Shown here one piece after another: positions 1-9,669 of a DNA stretch of 64,000 nucleotides. This stretch comes from Desulfatiglandales bacterium (GTDB lineage: Bacteria; Desulfobacterota; DSM-4660; Desulfatiglandales; Desulfatiglandaceae). Every line of letters starts with the position of its first letter. Within the stretch, counting starts at the first letter, position 1. The notes below the pieces were generated by a model. The model was not told the origin of the DNA and did no database searches. It saw only the letters and a list, made by a program, of their open reading frames with translations. The translations under genes and the position numbers were made by a program. The DNA is taken from the NCBI GenBank assembly GCA_963662465.1, contig OY759599.1, positions 7,296,001 through 7,360,000 of the forward strand, in the 5' to 3' direction.

Positions 1-266
1 TTTGAAGCGGCTTTATAGATCTCACCGAAGTTGGTGGGACCGGAAAGCTTAATGTGTCGGAGGGTTATTTCTGAAGAGGTTTTTTTCTGTAGCCAGGATA
101 TGTAGTCCTCAGCAGTCTCTTTCTCCCAGTCATTGAGCAGCACCACCTCCAGATAAGCATAAACCTCAGACGCCTGCGCCACAGGCCCCAAACCTACATC
201 TTCCAAACCGGAAACCGCATCCAGATCCGTTTTTCCCAGCCAGCAAAGTAGTATTTTTTTCACCAT
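1..266 (-). CDS. Partial (N-terminus only) probable sigma-54-interacting transcriptional regulator, RtcR-like N-terminal domain
   Basis: Hand translation from ATG at 266 (MVKKILLCWLGKTDLDAVSGLEDVGLGPVAQA...LSGPTNFGEIYKAA) stays open to the window edge. W-x-G-x-T-D-L..GP and P-T-x-F-x-x-I-Y resemble this family from memory. Not in the ORF track. Confidence 0.55.
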   Translation of the reverse strand, partial: MVKKILLCWLGKTDLDAVSGLEDVGLGPVAQASEVYAYLEVVLLNDWEKETAEDYISWLQKKTSSEITLRHIKLSGPTNFGEIYKAAS

Positions 267-462
267 AATGAGCGCAAAATACAAAATTCCTTGCGAATAA
301 TCAAATTATTTTCTATACAAACCCATTCAATAAATTCAAATCTATGAATTTGTTTAGAAAAATTCATAGAATTTTTTTAAAGTATAGGGATTTCCATTTT
401 TGGATTGGCATATCAGATAGTTATTGCAATGATGGCATAGAATGTGTCAAAAAAAACACATT

Positions 463-711
463 ATGCAGGCGCCATCAATCCAGAAAATTGATAAGGAAAT
501 TTTCCGGACGATTTTTATTGATTATTGGGAATCATTCAAAGATCATCATTCGGGATATGATACTTCGCAATATGAAGATCCGGTTCAGAAGATGCTCGGT
601 TGCGGCAAGGAAAGCGAAGGCTATAGTGAACACCGGTGCAGGTTCATTTCTCACAACCTTTCAATCTCCTCAATTTTTGTCAACAACAACCCGGCTGAAA
701 AATGGAATTAA
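463..711 (+). pseudogene. IS91-family transposase zinc-binding N-terminal fragment
   Basis: IFRTIFIDYWESF...VQKMLGCG...GYSEHRC matches the transposase zinc-binding domain pattern; similarity ends after about 60 aa and there is no catalytic domain. Confidence 0.6.
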
Positions 712-795
712 TCTCAACGTTCGCCTAAACCCTCTAAGTGAATTGGGTGATTTGGAGAGGCGAATAGCAAATGAACCCATTTATCAATGATGCGT

Positions 796-2337
796 TTACG
801 TCAGCAAATCCTCATCTTCCGGGTGATGTTCCGCTTTTAGTTTTTCCGGTTTCCATGGAAAATGACTCAGAATGAAGGCGAGCAGGTGGGTTGCGAATAG
901 AATGCCGCCGCCGAACAAGAGCAGGGCTTTAACGGGATACCCTCCGTACGTTTCAGAGAATTCGCCGAGCAGGGCGCCGACGAGCATAATCAGTAGAAAC
1001 GCCGGTGTGATGAAGCGGATGCAGATGTCCCACAGCGGCAGTAGATGTACGCCGCCTGACGCGTTGATGTACCGTCGCATGACTTGTGATTTAAGTAGCC
1101 AGCCGATCAGAATACATTCAAGCAAGCCGCCGATGATGAGCGCGTAGTTGTTGATAAAGTGGTCGAAGATATCGAGGATAAACAGGCCGCCGCGACAGGT
1201 GAAGGGGATGGATCCAACAAGACCGATCGAACAGATGATCGTGACGGCTTTTTTGCGTTGTATGTTGAATTTATCGCAAATTGAGCAACTGAAGGCTTCT
1301 GTGAGAGAAATCATTGACGAGATGCCGGCAACGATCAGGACGAGGAAGAAGAGGGCGCCGAAAAGTTGGTTGAGCATTGGGAGCTGGTTAATGGCCTTCG
1401 GGTACACCACGAAAGCGAGGCCGGGGCCACTGGTGATCGCTTCATCAAATGGGACGCCTTTGGCGTTGGCCATAAAGCCGATGGTGCCGAAGACGGCGAA
1501 ACCGGCAATGATGGAATAAAGGCAGTTGAGGATGCAGATGGTTAGTGCGTTGCCAACAATGTCGGTTTTTTTCGGCAGATAACTGGCGTAGGTGATCATG
1601 ATGCCGAAGCCGAGAGAGAGTGTGAAGAAGATCTGTCCGAAAGCCGCCACCCACACTTTACGACCCGCGGCGGTGTTGATGGCGATTTTGGAGAGGTCCG
1701 CGGAGAGGTAGAATTCTTTTATGGCATCCCATGCACCGGGAAGCGTGATGGACCAACCGACAAGTACCAGAGTCAAAATCACCAGTAGCGGCATAAAGAT
1801 CATACTGGCTTTTTCGATGCCGCGGCTGACTTCGCGGAAGCAGATAGCCCAGCAGGTGATCCATGCGCCGGCTGTGGCAGCCAGAATCGGCCAGCGAATG
1901 CCGCCGAGGTTGAACGGGCTGTTGCTGACATGCAGAAAGGTTTCTTTGAAGAATGTATCAGTGTCCGCGCCCCAGCCCAAATTGAAGGAGAGGCCGAAAT
2001 AGTTGATGCACCAGCCGATGACAGCGGCGTAGAAGAGGTTGATGCCGAAAAAGGCGACGACGGGCATCCACCAACCGAGCGGTTCCCACAGCGGGTTGAT
2101 GCGGGCAAAGGCCAGCGGCGGTGAGGCTTTCTCGCGGTGCCCGAGCGAATATTCGAGAATCATCAGCGGGATACCGGCGCAGAGCAGGGCGACCAGGTAG
2201 GGAATCAGAAAGGCGCCGCCACCGTTTTCATACGCCATGTAGCTGAAGCGCCAGATATTGCCCAGTCCGACCGCCGAGCCGATTGCCGCCAGCAAAAAGC
2301 CGACTTTGCTCCCCCAGAGGCTTCTCTTTTCAGTCAT
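796..2337 (-). CDS. Sodium-dependent transporter, neurotransmitter:sodium symporter (NSS/SNF) family
   Basis: GSAVGLGNIWRF, NGGGAFLIPY and GQIFFTLSLGFG signatures; about 12 hydrophobic segments; start taken at MTEKR. Confidence 0.95.
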   Translation of the reverse strand: MTEKRSLWGSKVGFLLAAIGSAVGLGNIWRFSYMAYENGGGAFLIPYLVALLCAGIPLMILEYSLGHREKASPPLAFARINPLWEPLGWWMPVVAFFGINLFYAAVIGWCINYFGLSFNLGWGADTDTFFKETFLHVSNSPFNLGGIRWPILAATAGAWITCWAICFREVSRGIEKASMIFMPLLVILTLVLVGWSITLPGAWDAIKEFYLSADLSKIAINTAAGRKVWVAAFGQIFFTLSLGFGIMITYASYLPKKTDIVGNALTICILNCLYSIIAGFAVFGTIGFMANAKGVPFDEAITSGPGLAFVVYPKAINQLPMLNQLFGALFFLVLIVAGISSMISLTEAFSCSICDKFNIQRKKAVTIICSIGLVGSIPFTCRGGLFILDIFDHFINNYALIIGGLLECILIGWLLKSQVMRRYINASGGVHLLPLWDICIRFITPAFLLIMLVGALLGEFSETYGGYPVKALLLFGGGILFATHLLAFILSHFPWKPEKLKAEHHPEDEDLLT

Positions 2338-2416
2338 TGATTCACTCTGGACTTGGAGATTAGGTGACAAGAACTTGTTTTTCGAGGAAGAAATATATTG
2401 GAAACTGTCTTGGGGG

Positions 2417-2701
2417 TCAAGGAAAAACCCGACTGCGATGCTTGATGATCAGTTCTTTCATGATCCCTGTTTGGGTTTTGACATTATTAACACGTTCGGC
2501 ATTGCCTATCATTACACCGTTCCACTCAAAATCCTGTTCTGGAATCTGGGGTTTTTCGGGGCTAATTGTACCATTCGCTGCATCGCTGGACGAGCAGGAA
2601 ACACAAAATACCAATAAAATAAGCAAAGACAGTGCATGGCTGGATAACCTATTTGCTGATCTGATTATTTTCAAGAGATGGTGCGCCACATATTTTCGCA
2701 T
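2417..2701 (-). CDS. Possible small lipoprotein or gene fragment
   Basis: Hydrophobic stretch ending LVFCVSC followed by a polar linker; fills the intergenic gap; no family recognised. Confidence 0.3.
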   Translation of the reverse strand: MRKYVAHHLLKIIRSANRLSSHALSLLILLVFCVSCSSSDAANGTISPEKPQIPEQDFEWNGVMIGNAERVNNVKTQTGIMKELIIKHRSRVFP

Positions 2702-2872
2702 CCTACAAAGGTCGTTTCTATTCTTCTCGACACCAAGGCCCCGTTACGCTATATTCCACCCTTAAGAAAGCAAGTCCTTATTACCCTATTACCTATTGCA
2801 TTTTCTTACTTCTTGCACCAGTTAACCTGGAGGAAAGTCCGAAATTTTTGGTGTTCACAGGGGCGTGACGCT

Positions 2873-4087
2873 ATGAAAAGAGATCAAAGGCAAATCAAAT
2901 TTGCGGTTGGCGTATCCGGCAAGTGCATCATTGTTTCGGGAATGCTGATGCTTGTTTTACTCCTTGTTCTGGCGCTTGCCGGGTGCAAGCCTTCGTCTGG
3001 GGAAAGGCTTGTAAAGTGTGCCAAGCTCTTTGAAACTTATCGAATGCCTCATACCAAAAAAGAAGAAAACAAAATTTTCAATTTCTTTTACTGCACCGAC
3101 CGCGGGATAACAGCGTCTGAGGACCCGCTTCTTTCCTATGGCGCCGAGTTCGCTGATGAACTGCGACTGGGAACCTTTAAGGTTCATCTGGCGCCTGAAC
3201 GTGATTTAAGCGGTTATAATCCAGATAAATGGTCCGGAATTGAAGTGAGGAATGTAAAAGAGTTACCGGAAGAAACCTTTTTTAATCAATTACGATATGC
3301 GGTGGAATCCTCACCTCACCACTCGCTTGCCGTTTTGGTCTTCGGATACAGAAACTCTTTTAGGGATGCCTTGCTCAAGGGAGGCAAGCTGGCGGTCAGC
3401 GTTGATATCCATACCCCTTTTCTGATCTTTGATTGGCCGGCGGACCAGGGTTTGGGAATCGGCGGATACAAAAAGGCCTTCTCTTTTGCCAAGAGATCGG
3501 GTGTTCTTTTGGGAGAGCTCATGGCTGCCGTCATTCGGAAAGTAAAGCCGCAAAGATTGTGGCTTGGGGGTGGGAGCCTGGGGACCCAGGTCATATGCAA
3601 TGCTTTTGGGCAGATGATGACTCACCCCGATCTTGCCGATCGTGAAAAAGAAATCGATCATGTCTTCCTGGCGGCGCCGGATGTGGGTGATGATGAGTTC
3701 AATACACAATTCAAAGATGAGATAGCAGCACTTGCCCATGCCGTCACCGTGTATGTTTCATCTGATGACAAGGCACTGCTCTTAAGCGAATGGATCCATG
3801 GTGAAAAAAGACTGGGTCGAACCCGGGCGGAAAAGCAGGAGCAGTTTGAAGAAATGATTGATTTGCTGGAACTGGAGGCCAAGGGCGCCGAAGGAATTAC
3901 CGTGATCGATGTGACTCCGGTCAACCGGTCAACTTTGGGACACACTTTCTATATTGAATCATCAGAATTTTATGACGATCTTTACCAGCGCTTACTGAAT
4001 GCTCACCCTGTAAGAGCCAGGCGTCTTTATCGCACCGATTACAGGGACGGCGCAGCCTACTGGATCATGCGGGATGATGAAGAGTAG
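2873..4087 (+). CDS. Alpha/beta hydrolase, DUF900-like, probable lipoprotein
   Basis: LAGC lipobox; FYCTDR, FGYRNSF, FDWP, GGSLG elbow, LAAPDV, YVSSDDKAL and GHTF motifs. Confidence 0.8.
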   Translation: MKRDQRQIKFAVGVSGKCIIVSGMLMLVLLLVLALAGCKPSSGERLVKCAKLFETYRMPHTKKEENKIFNFFYCTDRGITASEDPLLSYGAEFADELRLGTFKVHLAPERDLSGYNPDKWSGIEVRNVKELPEETFFNQLRYAVESSPHHSLAVLVFGYRNSFRDALLKGGKLAVSVDIHTPFLIFDWPADQGLGIGGYKKAFSFAKRSGVLLGELMAAVIRKVKPQRLWLGGGSLGTQVICNAFGQMMTHPDLADREKEIDHVFLAAPDVGDDEFNTQFKDEIAALAHAVTVYVSSDDKALLLSEWIHGEKRLGRTRAEKQEQFEEMIDLLELEAKGAEGITVIDVTPVNRSTLGHTFYIESSEFYDDLYQRLLNAHPVRARRLYRTDYRDGAAYWIMRDDEE

Positions 4088-4119
4088 CCCCTTGTTTTAG
4101 AGTCTGTTGGAGAACTTGC

Positions 4120-5391
4120 ATGGGTAAAAAAAGGTTTGGTGAGACCAAAGATGAGAGAACTCCAGGCACAACGGGGTCTCACACGCGGATTTTGTCCATC
4201 GATGTCTATCGCGGATTTGCCCTTGTTTTTATGGTGCTGGTTCATTTCGGCATTTTCTATGGAAACGAGGATGCGGCTCACAGTTTTGCCATTTTCTTCT
4301 TTGATCATATTCTGGCCGACTGGGGAGCGGCGGCTTTCCTGATGATGATGGGCATGAGTCAGGTCCTGTCTGCAAAGAGAATCTGCAAGCCGGACAATCG
4401 GCTTCTGTTCAAGAGGGCTCTGGTGCGTGGCGCCTATATTTTTGTGGTGGGGCTTTTGATGCTGGTTCTGGCGTGGGGGCTGGATCAGATATGGTGGTGG
4501 GATATCCTCACGCTGATGGGGTTTGGAACCGTTGTTTTGTTCTTCTGTCGCTTTCTGCCGTCCTGGTCTCTGATCGGTCTCATTGGGGCCATCATGGTGC
4601 TGACCCCATGGCTTCGCGGCGCCTTCAATGTCGCGGCCGACTGGGGGTTTGCTGAACACCCAATCATCTCTCAATATTTGCCGGGAATGTATATCGAGCC
4701 GGAAGTTGCCTATCACCCGGCGATCGTCAAAGGCCTTTTTCTGTCCGGTTATTTTCCTGTTTTCCCATGGATCGCATTCATCATTATCGGGTTTGTTATG
4801 GGTCGACGCATTGTGGCGCAAAAGATGCGGCACGACCTGCCCATTTTGCTGGTGACAGGCGTTGTGCTTTCGTGCCTGGGATTTATTCTGGGTTACGCCG
4901 GTCGTACGCAACCTCCCATCTCGGCATCCATCGCATGGATATCCCCTTTATGCTTCTATCCGGACTCCTTTAGCCTGATCAACATACAGGCGGGCATTTC
5001 CATTATCGTTTTCAGCATGGTGTATTTCTTCTTCGATATCCGAAAGAAAGACAAAACAAAACTCGGCATTTTCAGCCGACTTTTTATCCAGACCAGTAAT
5101 TTCTCGTTAACCTTTTATTTTCTCCATTACATGTTGGTGGCATGGCCCCTCGCCATATTGTACCTGATCACCGGAAAGTACATGCTGAGCGATCTTATGG
5201 GTCCAGTGCTGGCTTTGCTCTGCGGTGTGGGAGCGGTCGCTTTTCTGGAAATCCTGATATTTTTCTGGGGGAAGGCCGGTTCCAGGTACAGCCTGGAATG
5301 GTTTCTTGTGAGGCTCACAAAACGGGTGGTCCCGGGCTATAAACGAAGCATATCAATGCCTGGGCGATTCTCCGAAAAATCGAACCCTTGA
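4120..5391 (+). CDS. DUF1624 / heparan-alpha-glucosaminide N-acetyltransferase-like membrane protein
   Basis: RILSIDVYRGFALVFMVLVH start, WDIL and YFPVFPW motifs, multiple TM segments. Confidence 0.8.
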   Translation: MGKKRFGETKDERTPGTTGSHTRILSIDVYRGFALVFMVLVHFGIFYGNEDAAHSFAIFFFDHILADWGAAAFLMMMGMSQVLSAKRICKPDNRLLFKRALVRGAYIFVVGLLMLVLAWGLDQIWWWDILTLMGFGTVVLFFCRFLPSWSLIGLIGAIMVLTPWLRGAFNVAADWGFAEHPIISQYLPGMYIEPEVAYHPAIVKGLFLSGYFPVFPWIAFIIIGFVMGRRIVAQKMRHDLPILLVTGVVLSCLGFILGYAGRTQPPISASIAWISPLCFYPDSFSLINIQAGISIIVFSMVYFFFDIRKKDKTKLGIFSRLFIQTSNFSLTFYFLHYMLVAWPLAILYLITGKYMLSDLMGPVLALLCGVGAVAFLEILIFFWGKAGSRYSLEWFLVRLTKRVVPGYKRSISMPGRFSEKSNP

Positions 5392-5541
5392 AATCATGTT
5401 CTGGGAAGGGGGGCAGGAACCAATTTGACGGGAGGCGCCATCCCCGTAAAGGGTGGAATTGTCGTGCATTTCTCCTGAATGAACCGGATACTGGATTTGG
5501 ATTCCGCGTTTCTGTCCATTATGAATGAAACCCAGGACCTG

Positions 5542-5832
5542 CTACGATTTCGTGGCGGAGGCCTTCTTGCTTTCGATGGTCGCCTGCTTGTCCCGGCGAT
5601 CATCAATCTTCAAATCCACCACCACCCGTTTGGCCCCTTCTTCCACATGGGCCGCATGGACGGCCTTGACCAGCTCAAACAACGCATCCAGGTCCGGCAC
5701 TTCAATGGATGTGCTCATGCCGCCCACTTCATATTTATAGCCGGACTGTTTGATTATGGCTACGCCTTTTCTGACAAACCGACCCAGGCTGGTCCCTTCC
5801 CCGATGGGATGAACCGATAATTGTGCAATCAT
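5542..5832 (-). CDS. MTH1187/YkoF-like thiamine-binding family protein
   Basis: MIAQLSVHPIGEGTS...MSTSIE...RVVVDLKIDDRRDK; AGGAG RBS upstream. Confidence 0.9.
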   Translation of the reverse strand: MIAQLSVHPIGEGTSLGRFVRKGVAIIKQSGYKYEVGGMSTSIEVPDLDALFELVKAVHAAHVEEGAKRVVVDLKIDDRRDKQATIESKKASATKS

Positions 5833-5864
5833 ATTTTTCTCCTTTACTGCTTGGCGGTACGGGT

Positions 5865-8189
5865 TCATTTGCATTCAGGGACATTTTTTTCAAATGATTT
5901 ACCTTCAGCCGCCGATCTCAGGGTTTTGGCGACAGTTTCCGCTGTTCGATCCCAACTGAATCGCGCCTGATAGACTTTCCGCTGACCCGAAATATATTGA
6001 CGAAGCTCAGTCTGGTGTCTGAGGGCGCGATCCAAAACAGTCATAAGTCCATAGACATCACCCGGAGGAAACAGATATCCATTCAAACCGTCCTCAACCA
6101 GCTCAGGTACGCCACCCATGCGGGGGCCGACCACCGGACACCCGGCCATGAGCGCTTCAGCCAGCACCATGCCGAAAGACTCTCCCGGCACAGTGCTGGA
6201 CAGGACCATTACAGCAGCGGATGCATACCAATCGGCCAGTTCTTTTCGAGACGCAACATAACCCATATATCTTATCCCCGTTTCTTCTGATTTACCGGAA
6301 CCCCTCCGGGTGTGGCCGATCACAACCAGCTCCAGTTCGGGCCATTGGTTTCGCAACTTGCGCCAGGCCCGCATTAGAATATCAAAGCCTTTGCTTTTTA
6401 AATCCGGTTTTCCAATAAACAGAAGGTATGGCTTCCGCTTAACACGGCGGCCCTCAGCCATGACGGGCTCCACACCCGGCGGCGCCGCAATGACTTTCAG
6501 ATTCAAGGTGCGAAGGTAAGCCGACTGAGCTGGAAAGGCCTGTGAAGACGCTAGAAAAGCATCACAGAGGGTGAAAGAGCGCTTGGCAAAGAACCGGTGA
6601 TAAAAAATTCCGGCGGTTTTCTTGAACCACCCCGGCCCCGTAACATCACTGTGGTACATTATGACGGCGGGGATATTCAAATCTGCGGCAGCGCGAAGCA
6701 GGAAATCACTAATCCACGGAACCGTGTGATGAACGTAGACCACGTGCGGCATGGTTTTTCGAAGGATGTTTCGGATCTCTTTCCGCCAGGCGGGGTGAAG
6801 CCCTGCCGACATGCACCTGAAAGACGCCGTCGACAGTTCGGGGGCGCCCAAACCATCGCCGGACAGATAGGAAAGCGCCATATGGTATTGGCCTTCCAGG
6901 CGTGAGCACACTTCGTAAATGTATTTTTCCGCCCCGCCCATTTTAATATCCAGAAATTGAGAACCAACCATCACCTTAAGCGGGCGTGTGGATTGGGGAG
7001 CGTCATTCGTGACCATAAAGAAGGACCGGTTCGTAAAAATCGATCTTTTTTCTGTTTTGCGAAGCGTCTGCTCAAAGGCACTGAAAGTTGTTTCAGCCGT
7101 TTTTTGCCACGAAAATCGACGAGATTGCACCAGTCCCTTTTCCACCCATTGGCGGCGGTGCAGGGGATTTCCGGCCAGGTCTTCCATTATCGCCGCAAGA
7201 CCTTCCGCATCGCTCGGATCTTTCATGTAGAGAGCGGCGTCTCCCGCCACTTCGGGCATGCTGGCCTCCCGGGTGGTCACCACCGGGCATCCACAGGCCA
7301 TGGCCTCCAGAATGGGAAGCCCGAATCCCTCGTAGTAACTGGGAAAAATTAATGCCAGGGCGCCGGAATACAGCAGTGCAAGATCCCCATCTCCCACATA
7401 ACCGAGAAACCGGACCTTCTCCCATGAGGTTTTTTGGAGCCATCCCGACCATCCCACCACCACCAAGGGCGTTGTAAGATCTGCCCGATCAAGGGCATCG
7501 GGGATAATGGTCATGTTTTTCCGCGGGTCCCCGCTCCCTACAAAGAGAAAATATCTTTCGGGGAGTCCGTAGCGAATCAGACAATCTTTAATTTCCATGG
7601 TCGGTCTGGGGTATAAAACCGCCGGATTATACCCCAAATAAGTAACGGTTGTATTTTGATGACTGATGTTCAGATGGACTTTCATCTCCTCTTTAATAAA
7701 GGATGAGATGGTCAGAAACTGTCTTACCCGTTTGCATCTGCGGTGAAAAAACAACCTTGAATAGAGTACCCGCTCCCGGGGGTGATGTTCTGGAAACCGA
7801 ATGAGGGAAAGATCCGTCAAAGTAAACACGGTTTTCACATGGTTCGGCGCCACAAAAGGGAAAAAGGCGGCTTCATGGTAAATATCAAAATTCCCCGCAA
7901 ATCTACGAAAGCGTCGCTCTTGGTCAAAATGAAACAGCAATCGAACCAATAAGCCGGGATAAGCCGGGAGTCGCCAGAAAAAGGAAATCAGATTGGACCA
8001 GCGGGTCAGATTTTCGGGCCCGGAAGGCATGATTGGGGAAACCCTCTTTCCATCGAAATATCCGATTTCCAACCTGTCGCCATAATCTTTTTCCAGGGTC
8101 TGGTACAAACAACGCAAATACCGTCCGATGCCGGTGTTGACATTGGCCATGGGAAAGGCATTGACCACAATTTTCATTTTAGGATTCAT
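5865..8189 (-). CDS. Two-domain glycosyltransferase (tandem GT4 fusion)
   Basis: Two GT-B modules with EGFGLPILEAMACG and ESFGMVLAEALMAG motifs. Confidence 0.9.
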   Translation of the reverse strand: MNPKMKIVVNAFPMANVNTGIGRYLRCLYQTLEKDYGDRLEIGYFDGKRVSPIMPSGPENLTRWSNLISFFWRLPAYPGLLVRLLFHFDQERRFRRFAGNFDIYHEAAFFPFVAPNHVKTVFTLTDLSLIRFPEHHPRERVLYSRLFFHRRCKRVRQFLTISSFIKEEMKVHLNISHQNTTVTYLGYNPAVLYPRPTMEIKDCLIRYGLPERYFLFVGSGDPRKNMTIIPDALDRADLTTPLVVVGWSGWLQKTSWEKVRFLGYVGDGDLALLYSGALALIFPSYYEGFGLPILEAMACGCPVVTTREASMPEVAGDAALYMKDPSDAEGLAAIMEDLAGNPLHRRQWVEKGLVQSRRFSWQKTAETTFSAFEQTLRKTEKRSIFTNRSFFMVTNDAPQSTRPLKVMVGSQFLDIKMGGAEKYIYEVCSRLEGQYHMALSYLSGDGLGAPELSTASFRCMSAGLHPAWRKEIRNILRKTMPHVVYVHHTVPWISDFLLRAAADLNIPAVIMYHSDVTGPGWFKKTAGIFYHRFFAKRSFTLCDAFLASSQAFPAQSAYLRTLNLKVIAAPPGVEPVMAEGRRVKRKPYLLFIGKPDLKSKGFDILMRAWRKLRNQWPELELVVIGHTRRGSGKSEETGIRYMGYVASRKELADWYASAAVMVLSSTVPGESFGMVLAEALMAGCPVVGPRMGGVPELVEDGLNGYLFPPGDVYGLMTVLDRALRHQTELRQYISGQRKVYQARFSWDRTAETVAKTLRSAAEGKSFEKNVPECK

Positions 8190-9388
8190 GGGTTGCGATT
8201 ATGCCCCATATGCCGCTTAAGTCCAAAAAACAGGACAACGGTCATGAAGATTTCGGTAACAATCGTGGCCCATGCCGCTCCTTTACCGCCATATTCGGGG
8301 ATTAGCAATAGATTGAGGGCAATGTTTAAAAGTGCCGAAAAACCGGCAAGCATTGCATAGGGCCGTTCAAGGTTCTGAGCGATTGCTCCCTGCGCCAGAA
8401 CCCCCTTGGGAAGAATAAAGATCAGCGCAAAGAGGAGCCATGGCAGTAATTGGGCTGATGCTCCGTAGGCTTTTCCAAAGGAGAAGTCCACAATTTTTTC
8501 GCAGAATGGCGTTGCCATTGCGGATACCAGACACCCCAACATTAGCATTAGTACGCACATTTTTCCAATCTGACGTTCAAACAGACGTTTATCCATCCAG
8601 ACCAACCGCAACTTTCTGAACCACACCTCACGCAATGGGGCTGTCATTAACACAATGCCGTCCATAAACCGGTAAGCCGCAGCATAATACCCCACCTCGT
8701 CATTATTTCCAGCCATAGCCAACAATATAATATCACAGCGATAATACACTGTTGTGGCCGCATCAATGGCCATAAATCCCAGGCAGGCGCGACGAATACC
8801 CTGAATGCTGAAACCCTTAAAGGCCGGCCTTTGAAGGGGAACCGGGGACCATAACAGGCACAACAAAAGACCGGTTGCCCAGCCGGCAAAGATGATCCAG
8901 ATATCCGTACCCACCAGGAAAAGGGCCGCTAAAATACCCAAAGCGCCAAAGGTCCGCACAAGAATCTGCCAAAACGCCTCCCGGGGAAACCGACCTTCGC
9001 TTTTCAGCGATGAAGAAATAAAGTCGGCCACTGCCTGAAGCCCAAAGTATAAAAAGGCCGCCAGAATGCCCATGCGATACTGAAATGGCAGTACTAGAAC
9101 GCAAAAAGCCCCTGCCCCGGTTGCAATCAGCGTATGACCAAGCGCCCATGGAAACAGGTGATCCTGATGCCGCGCCATGGCCAGGGTGGGGAGGGTCCTC
9201 TCGCGGAAAATAAGCATTTTGAAACCGCCATCCTGAACGATCAGGAAAAGGGCGGCCAGGGTCAATACATAACTGTAACGGCCAAATGCTTCGGGCCCGA
9301 GTACACGTCCCAGCAGAAACGTAAGGAACACGGATACGCCGGCCGTGTAGGTGGTGGCCATCCATTGGCTTATCAGGTTTTGTTTCAT
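8186..9388 (-). CDS. wzx: Polysaccharide flippase (MOP/Wzx family)
   Basis: RVLGPEAFGRYS, VGYYAAAYR and LNLLLIPEYGGKGAAWAT; start taken at MKQNL. Confidence 0.85.
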   Translation of the reverse strand: MKQNLISQWMATTYTAGVSVFLTFLLGRVLGPEAFGRYSYVLTLAALFLIVQDGGFKMLIFRERTLPTLAMARHQDHLFPWALGHTLIATGAGAFCVLVLPFQYRMGILAAFLYFGLQAVADFISSSLKSEGRFPREAFWQILVRTFGALGILAALFLVGTDIWIIFAGWATGLLLCLLWSPVPLQRPAFKGFSIQGIRRACLGFMAIDAATTVYYRCDIILLAMAGNNDEVGYYAAAYRFMDGIVLMTAPLREVWFRKLRLVWMDKRLFERQIGKMCVLMLMLGCLVSAMATPFCEKIVDFSFGKAYGASAQLLPWLLFALIFILPKGVLAQGAIAQNLERPYAMLAGFSALLNIALNLLLIPEYGGKGAAWATIVTEIFMTVVLFFGLKRHMGHNRNP

Positions 9389-9669
9389 TGCAAAACAGGA
9401 TACGATATTGCATCTCTTTCCCGTTAGATCATAACGCACTGACTTGTTTATATGTTTCCACTGTTTTATTGACGTGGTTATTCCACCTGAATTTTTTATA
9501 CTCATCCGGATGCTGTGGTGATATGCGGAGAGCTGATATTTTTTGAAAGAAAGCGATGGGACCTGGCGATTGTGGGAATATTTCAGCACGGAAGAAGTTA
9601 TAGCAATTAAGTCAACCCAGGTTGAGGCAGCTATAAAAGAAATATATGTGAGAATTACCGCAACGCTAA

